NCBI GenBank assembly: GCA_021162685.1
Contig: JAGGYF010000007.1
Coordinates: 1-29,521, forward strand
DNA length: 29,521 bases
Direction of reading: 5' to 3'
Origin: Candidatus Iainarchaeum sp.
GTDB taxonomy: Archaea; B1Sed10-29; WALL01
Part shown: in pieces, positions 26,391 to 29,521 of the stretch
Numbering within the stretch: the stretch's first letter is position 1
Layout: each line of letters starts with the position of its first letter
Program-made: the position numbers and the translations under genes
The notes under the pieces: generated by a model
Told to the model about the DNA's origin: nothing
Database searches by the model: none
The model's input: the letters and a program-made list of their open reading frames with translations, nothing else

Positions 26391-27334
26391 TGGAAACACT
26401 TAAAACAGCAGTTATCGGCGCAGGAAATATGGGTAAGAACCATGTTAGAGTGTATTCACTACTAAAAAACTCAGAATTGGTTGGGATATCAGACGTTGAC
26501 ATTGAAAGAGCGAAAGCACTATCAGAGCAGTACGGTGGAAATGCATACAAAGATTACATAGAAATGATAAAAAAAGAAAGGCCGGATGCTGTCTCAGTAG
26601 TTGTTCCAACTGCACTTCACGCAAAAATTGGTTGTGATGTCTTAGAGTATACAAATGCGCTTGTAGAAAAACCCATTGCGCTCACAATAAAGGAAGCAAA
26701 TCAACTTGTAAAAACATCTGAAAAAAATGACAGGAAGCTCATGGTCGGACAGATAGAGCGATTTAATCCAGTAATACAGAAGCTTATAGAATATGCACCA
26801 AAAGAGGAATACCTTACGTTTAGTATCATGCGGTTGGGTCCTTATGTCCCCAAACTTAGAACCACGGGGGTGATTATTGACCTAGGGATACATGATATTG
26901 ACCTTGTTAGATACCTAACAGGCGAAGAACCTGAACAGGTACATGCAACATGTAGACACATAACAGTAGAGGATGTTGAGGACCACGCACACGTATTCCT
27001 AAAAATGCCTTCATCAACTGCTTCTCTCGTAACAAACTGGATCTCACCAGTAAAGATAAGACATATGTACGCAACATTTAGGGATGTTTTCCTCTATATT
27101 AACTTCATAGAACAAACAATACAAATATACAAAAAAGAGGATAGAGAAACTGTAAAACAGGAGACACTTGATGTTGAAAAGGAGGAACCACTGAAAATAG
27201 AGTTAAATGCCTTCTTAGATTGTATTGCTCATGATAAACCCTCTCCTGTCTCTGGGGAAGACGCAACAAAATCCTTAGAGATTGCATTGAGGGCAACACG
27301 GATTGCATATGAAAGCGACCCTAACCTCATATGA
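26390..27334 (+). CDS. Gfo/Idh/MocA oxidoreductase (WbpB-like UDP-GlcNAcA 3-dehydrogenase)
   Basis: VIGAGNMGKNH, LVEKP, ERFNP and DLGIHDID; ATG overlaps the upstream TGA. Confidence 0.88.
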   Translation: METLKTAVIGAGNMGKNHVRVYSLLKNSELVGISDVDIERAKALSEQYGGNAYKDYIEMIKKERPDAVSVVVPTALHAKIGCDVLEYTNALVEKPIALTIKEANQLVKTSEKNDRKLMVGQIERFNPVIQKLIEYAPKEEYLTFSIMRLGPYVPKLRTTGVIIDLGIHDIDLVRYLTGEEPEQVHATCRHITVEDVEDHAHVFLKMPSSTASLVTNWISPVKIRHMYATFRDVFLYINFIEQTIQIYKKEDRETVKQETLDVEKEEPLKIELNAFLDCIAHDKPSPVSGEDATKSLEIALRATRIAYESDPNLI

Positions 27335-27343
27335 GGTGGTGAT

Positions 27344-27832
27344 ATGAAAATAGGAAAAAACACAAAGATATGGGATGAAAAGGGCCTATGGGGTGACTAT
27401 GAGATAGGTGACAACTGCACCATTGGAAAATTTGTAGAGATAGGTGATAAGGTAAAGATTGGAAATAACTGCAAGATAGAAGCATTTGCTTTTCTGCCAC
27501 CAGGTGTGATACTTGAGGATGATGTTTTTGTTGGGCCACATGTGTGCTTCACAAATGATAAGATCCCAAGGGCTGTAAATGATGCATTTGATCTGATCGG
27601 CACAAGAGTGAAAAAAGGTGCTTCAATAGGTGCTAACTCTACTATAATCTGTGGAGTGGTTATAGGAGAGTATGCAATGGTTGGCGCGGGTTCTGTTGTA
27701 ACAAAAGACGTCCCAAAGCACACATTAGTTTTGGGTAATCCGGCAAAACCCGTTGCGAAGGTTTGTTACTGCGGAGAAATATTAGATGAGAAAAACTATT
27801 GCTGGAAATGCCAGAAAACGGTGGACATATGA
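27344..27832 (+). CDS. Hexapeptide-repeat N-acetyltransferase (WbpD-like)
   Basis: Left-handed beta-helix repeats; [36 protein letters not shown]; C-terminal Cys cluster. Confidence 0.88.
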   Translation: MKIGKNTKIWDEKGLWGDYEIGDNCTIGKFVEIGDKVKIGNNCKIEAFAFLPPGVILEDDVFVGPHVCFTNDKIPRAVNDAFDLIGTRVKKGASIGANSTIICGVVIGEYAMVGAGSVVTKDVPKHTLVLGNPAKPVAKVCYCGEILDEKNYCWKCQKTVDI

Positions 27833-28863
27833 TTCCGATTGCTAAACCTATGCTTGGAAAAGAGGAACTAAAAGCAGTAAAGAAAGTGTTTGATAGTGGA
27901 ATGCTTGCGCAAGGAGACATAGTAGAAAAATTTGAAGAAAAATTTGCTAAATATATTGGTGTAGATTATGCAGTTGCAACCACAAATGGCACACAAGCGT
28001 TAATAATGGCAATGCACTGTCTAGGAATAAAAGGAAAGGTAGCAATGCCTTCCTTCTCATTTATATCAACAGCAACCAGTGCACTCGCTGTTGGTGCAAA
28101 ACCCTACTTTATAGATATTGACGAGAGAACATTTAACATAGATGCATCTAAGATAAAAGGCAAATTTAACGCAATTATTCCAGTACATCTCTATGGTCAA
28201 GCATGCGACATGGACACAATCGTGAAAAAAGCTGGTAGAGCAAAGGTTATAGAGGATGCGTGCCAAGCACATGGGGCATTATGGAAGAAGAAAAAGGCGG
28301 GATCATTCGGCGATGCTGCTGCATTCTCTTTTTATCCAACAAAAAATATGACAACTGGAGAAGGGGGGATGGTAACAACAAATGATAGAAAGCTGGCAGA
28401 GCGTATGAGATTATTTAGAAACCATGGCCAAAAAAGAAGGTACTTACACGAATATGAGGGATATAATTTCAGAATGACAAACATTGCAGCTGCCATTGGC
28501 TTGGTTCAACTAAAAAAACTGCCAAAATTTAACAAACAGAGGCAAAAAAATGCCAAGTACTACGACAAGCACTTGGAAGGTGTTGAAACGCCCTTCGTCT
28601 TAAAGGGCGCAACACACGTTTACCACCAGTATACTATAAAAGCAAAGAGAAGAAATGCACTACTTAATCATCTTCGTTCAAATGGCATAGGAGCAACTGT
28701 CTACTATCCAATACCCATACACAAACAGCCCATAATCCATTCAAAACAGAAGTTACCAGTAACTGAAAAGGTATGCAAGCAAGTACTTTCATTGCCTGTG
28801 TATCCTGGGCTGAAAAGGAGTGAATTAAGGCATATCGTAGAGACCATAAGCACATTTTGGTGA
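27829..28863 (+). CDS. DegT/DnrJ/EryC1/StrS aminotransferase (WbpE-like)
   Basis: [32 protein letters not shown] (PLP Lys) and GYNFRM. Confidence 0.93.
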   Translation: MIPIAKPMLGKEELKAVKKVFDSGMLAQGDIVEKFEEKFAKYIGVDYAVATTNGTQALIMAMHCLGIKGKVAMPSFSFISTATSALAVGAKPYFIDIDERTFNIDASKIKGKFNAIIPVHLYGQACDMDTIVKKAGRAKVIEDACQAHGALWKKKKAGSFGDAAAFSFYPTKNMTTGEGGMVTTNDRKLAERMRLFRNHGQKRRYLHEYEGYNFRMTNIAAAIGLVQLKKLPKFNKQRQKNAKYYDKHLEGVETPFVLKGATHVYHQYTIKAKRRNALLNHLRSNGIGATVYYPIPIHKQPIIHSKQKLPVTEKVCKQVLSLPVYPGLKRSELRHIVETISTFW

Positions 28864-28867
28864 GTTA

Positions 28868-29521
28868 ATGAAAATCTGGTTTGACATGACAAATAGTCCA
28901 CATGTTATGACGTTTATGCCATTCATAAAACTGTGTAAAAAATTTGGTTATGAAGTAAAGATAACTGCAAGAAAACTGGGACAAACCACTCAAATGCTTG
29001 ATGACTTGGGTATTACATATGAAGAAATAGGGGAGTACGGTGGGAAAACACTATTCGGTAAGATCATAAATGTTATAAAAAGGACTTACTCACTCATGAA
29101 GTACGCTAAAAATAAAAAGGTTGATGTATGCTTTACTAAGGCGCCATCTTCATTATTGGCTTCCTGGATGTTAGGAATTCCTGTCATACTTTTTTCTGAT
29201 AATGAATATTCAAAAGTTAATTACTTGAGGCCCCTAGCAACATTAGTTGTATGTCCAAAATGTCTGCCTTTTAAGGGAAAAAATGTCCTTAAATATGAAG
29301 GAATTGAAGAGGGGCTCTATCTTCTTACGTTTAGGCCGAAAAAAGATGTGATGAGGTATTTTAAAAAGGGTGTGAAGAATATAGTTATAAGGACCGCTCC
29401 TTCTTCTGCGCATTATTTGAAAATCAGGTATGACCCAATAATAAAATTGATCAAATTACTTAGAAATGAACAAGATATAAACATGATAATTATAAAAAGA
29501 GACTATGGTAAAATACCAAAA
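28868..29521 (+). CDS. DUF354-family GT-B-like protein (partial, runs off the right edge)
   Basis: Manual translation MKIWFDMTNSPHV..F.......GYEVKITAR...T..MLD..GI.Y..IG.YGG...GK, with a later DNE motif; not in the ORF track. Confidence 0.8.
   Translation, partial: MKIWFDMTNSPHVMTFMPFIKLCKKFGYEVKITARKLGQTTQMLDDLGITYEEIGEYGGKTLFGKIINVIKRTYSLMKYAKNKKVDVCFTKAPSSLLASWMLGIPVILFSDNEYSKVNYLRPLATLVVCPKCLPFKGKNVLKYEGIEEGLYLLTFRPKKDVMRYFKKGVKNIVIRTAPSSAHYLKIRYDPIIKLIKLLRNEQDINMIIIKRDYGKIPK

Overview
AT-rich archaeal chromosomal segment. A DPANN lineage such as Micrarchaeota is my inference from compact or shortened genes, the stand-alone 5S rRNA and orphan basic proteins. Left to right: two orphan genes; a UPF0104 flippase-like gene; an apparent RaSEA radical SAM/ArcS-domain fusion (archaeosine synthesis); an operon of three paralogous unknown membrane proteins plus a glycerophosphodiester phosphodiesterase and a DHH nuclease; the rpl21e-rpo4-DUF655-rsmA cluster running into a class III signal peptide protein and mdh; a single-repeat (half-size) TBP directly followed by a solitary 5S rRNA; about 0.9 kb of structured repeats that also holds a fragment matching the 5' end of the pilin genes; a membrane-anchored HTH regulator; hmgA coupled to an archaeosortase-like gene; a ~1,210-aa coiled-coil gene split by a -1 frameshift at an A9 run; four mosaic type IV pilin genes; and an N-glycosylation locus (aglB, a GPT/AglH-like transferase, WbpB/WbpD/WbpE-like genes, DUF354). 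All family calls come from motif recognition by eye; no database searches were run.
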